Positions 56,057 through 56,764 of a DNA stretch of 56,764 bases are shown here, piece by piece. Source of the DNA: a virus (taxonomy: Duplodnaviria > Caudoviricetes); IMG/VR virus record IMGVR_UViG_3300037424_002697, positions 1 to 56,764 of that record, one strand, 5' to 3'. The notes under the pieces were generated by a model, which did not search any database, had not been told where the DNA came from, and worked only from the letters and a program-made list of their open reading frames with translations. Position 1 is the first letter of the stretch; every line of letters begins with the position of its first letter. The translations under genes and the position numbers were made by a program.

Positions 56057-56278
56057 ATGAAAGCTCGCGAACTTTTTGAACGCATGGGTCCATCAGCTCC
56101 GGTTGAAGCCCCTCCCAAACCGGGCATTCAGCCGGGTATTAAACCCGGTGCGCCCGCGCCCACCAAGTATCCTAATCCGTTCCGTCGTCGCCGTCCCGGT
56201 GTTGATCCGGGGCCGATGCCGAAGCCGAAAGCCTGTGGGCGCGTGGAATCCAAAACCAAAACGCTTTTTGGTCGATGA
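56057..56278 (+). CDS. Pro-rich small protein, candidate head protein
   Basis: GTATTTA 10 nt upstream; MKARELFE; PKP/PG repeats. Confidence 0.65.
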   Translation: MKARELFERMGPSAPVEAPPKPGIQPGIKPGAPAPTKYPNPFRRRRPGVDPGPMPKPKACGRVESKTKTLFGR

Positions 56279-56764
56279 AATCGCTGGCCAAGTGCATTCT
56301 GACCGAGATGGCGCTCGATCTTGGTGATGCGCCTGACTGGATCGATCCGGAGAAGAAGCGTAAGATTCAGCAAGGCCAGCACCCGTACGCCGACAATCCG
56401 GCTTTTCCGCAGGCGAAGCCGCCCCGCCGGGCGGGCGCTCCTTACAAGGATGATCCCAATCGTCCCGATCCCACACGTTCGTACAGTGAACTGATCGCGT
56501 CTCACGTGTACCCTGAGATCATTCGCAAGGTTCAGCAATACACAGGTCAGAATCCCCGGCAGATGAACCCACAGCAGTTGATGATGCAGATGTCACGCGC
56601 AATGCAGCAGGCGGTTCAGGCGGAAGCGCCGCACCGGCAGGAGTTGGAGCAGTCGGCGGTTGAGGTCGTCTTGAATCTGCCGGAATTTCGCGATGCGCGT
56701 GAGGCCGTTGAAGCCGGTGATTTAAAGATTGAAGCACATTTGCTCGATCCACAGGCCATGATGC
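56275..56764 (+). CDS. Hypothetical protein running off the right edge, candidate head protein
   Basis: Not in the track; ATGA overlap; MKSLAKCILTEMALD..HPYADNPAFP.. open to the window end. Confidence 0.75.
   Translation, partial: MKSLAKCILTEMALDLGDAPDWIDPEKKRKIQQGQHPYADNPAFPQAKPPRRAGAPYKDDPNRPDPTRSYSELIASHVYPEIIRKVQQYTGQNPRQMNPQQLMMQMSRAMQQAVQAEAPHRQELEQSAVEVVLNLPEFRDAREAVEAGDLKIEAHLLDPQAMM

Noticed and set aside
1-56764. Genome-wide TAG recoding implied by the suppressor tRNA
   Set aside because: Long genes are intact under code 11, and reading through the TAG stops I checked (7767, 11225, 24974, 25504, 38799, 39050) gives no in-frame fusion to the next gene.
1-56764. Assigning a host taxon or calling this a prophage
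   Set aside because: No integrase, att site or host housekeeping block is present; TN-rich lipoproteins only weakly suggest Verrucomicrobiota and need a search.

Overview
This is a gene-dense segment of a large, probably jumbo, contractile-tailed dsDNA phage. It encodes a large terminase, two baseplate wedge proteins, a duplicated tail-fibre stalk plus LamG-head cassette, a UDG-fused family A DNA polymerase, DnaB- and DinG-like helicases, RusA, an AAA+ ATPase, a receiver-less sigma-54 activator and an about 7.3 kb glycosyl/methyl/sulfotransferase cluster. Five less obvious patterns stand out. (1) Three short motifs sit 4-11 nt before the start codons of operon-leading genes and split by function: sigma-70-like, GTTCTW for replication genes and GTADTTA for virion genes. 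This suggests a sigma cascade on leaderless mRNAs. (2) About ten otherwise dissimilar proteins share an amphipathic peptide ending in L/I-x-E that resembles a capsid-targeting or prohead-protease propeptide. (3) An adjacent paralog pair differs in both that peptide and the motif class. (4) There is a Trp-like amber-suppressor tRNA although no TAG recoding is visible. (5) A 74-bp exact repeat links the two fibre genes. All calls come from reading motifs by eye; no searches were run, and several starts were moved from the ORF track.
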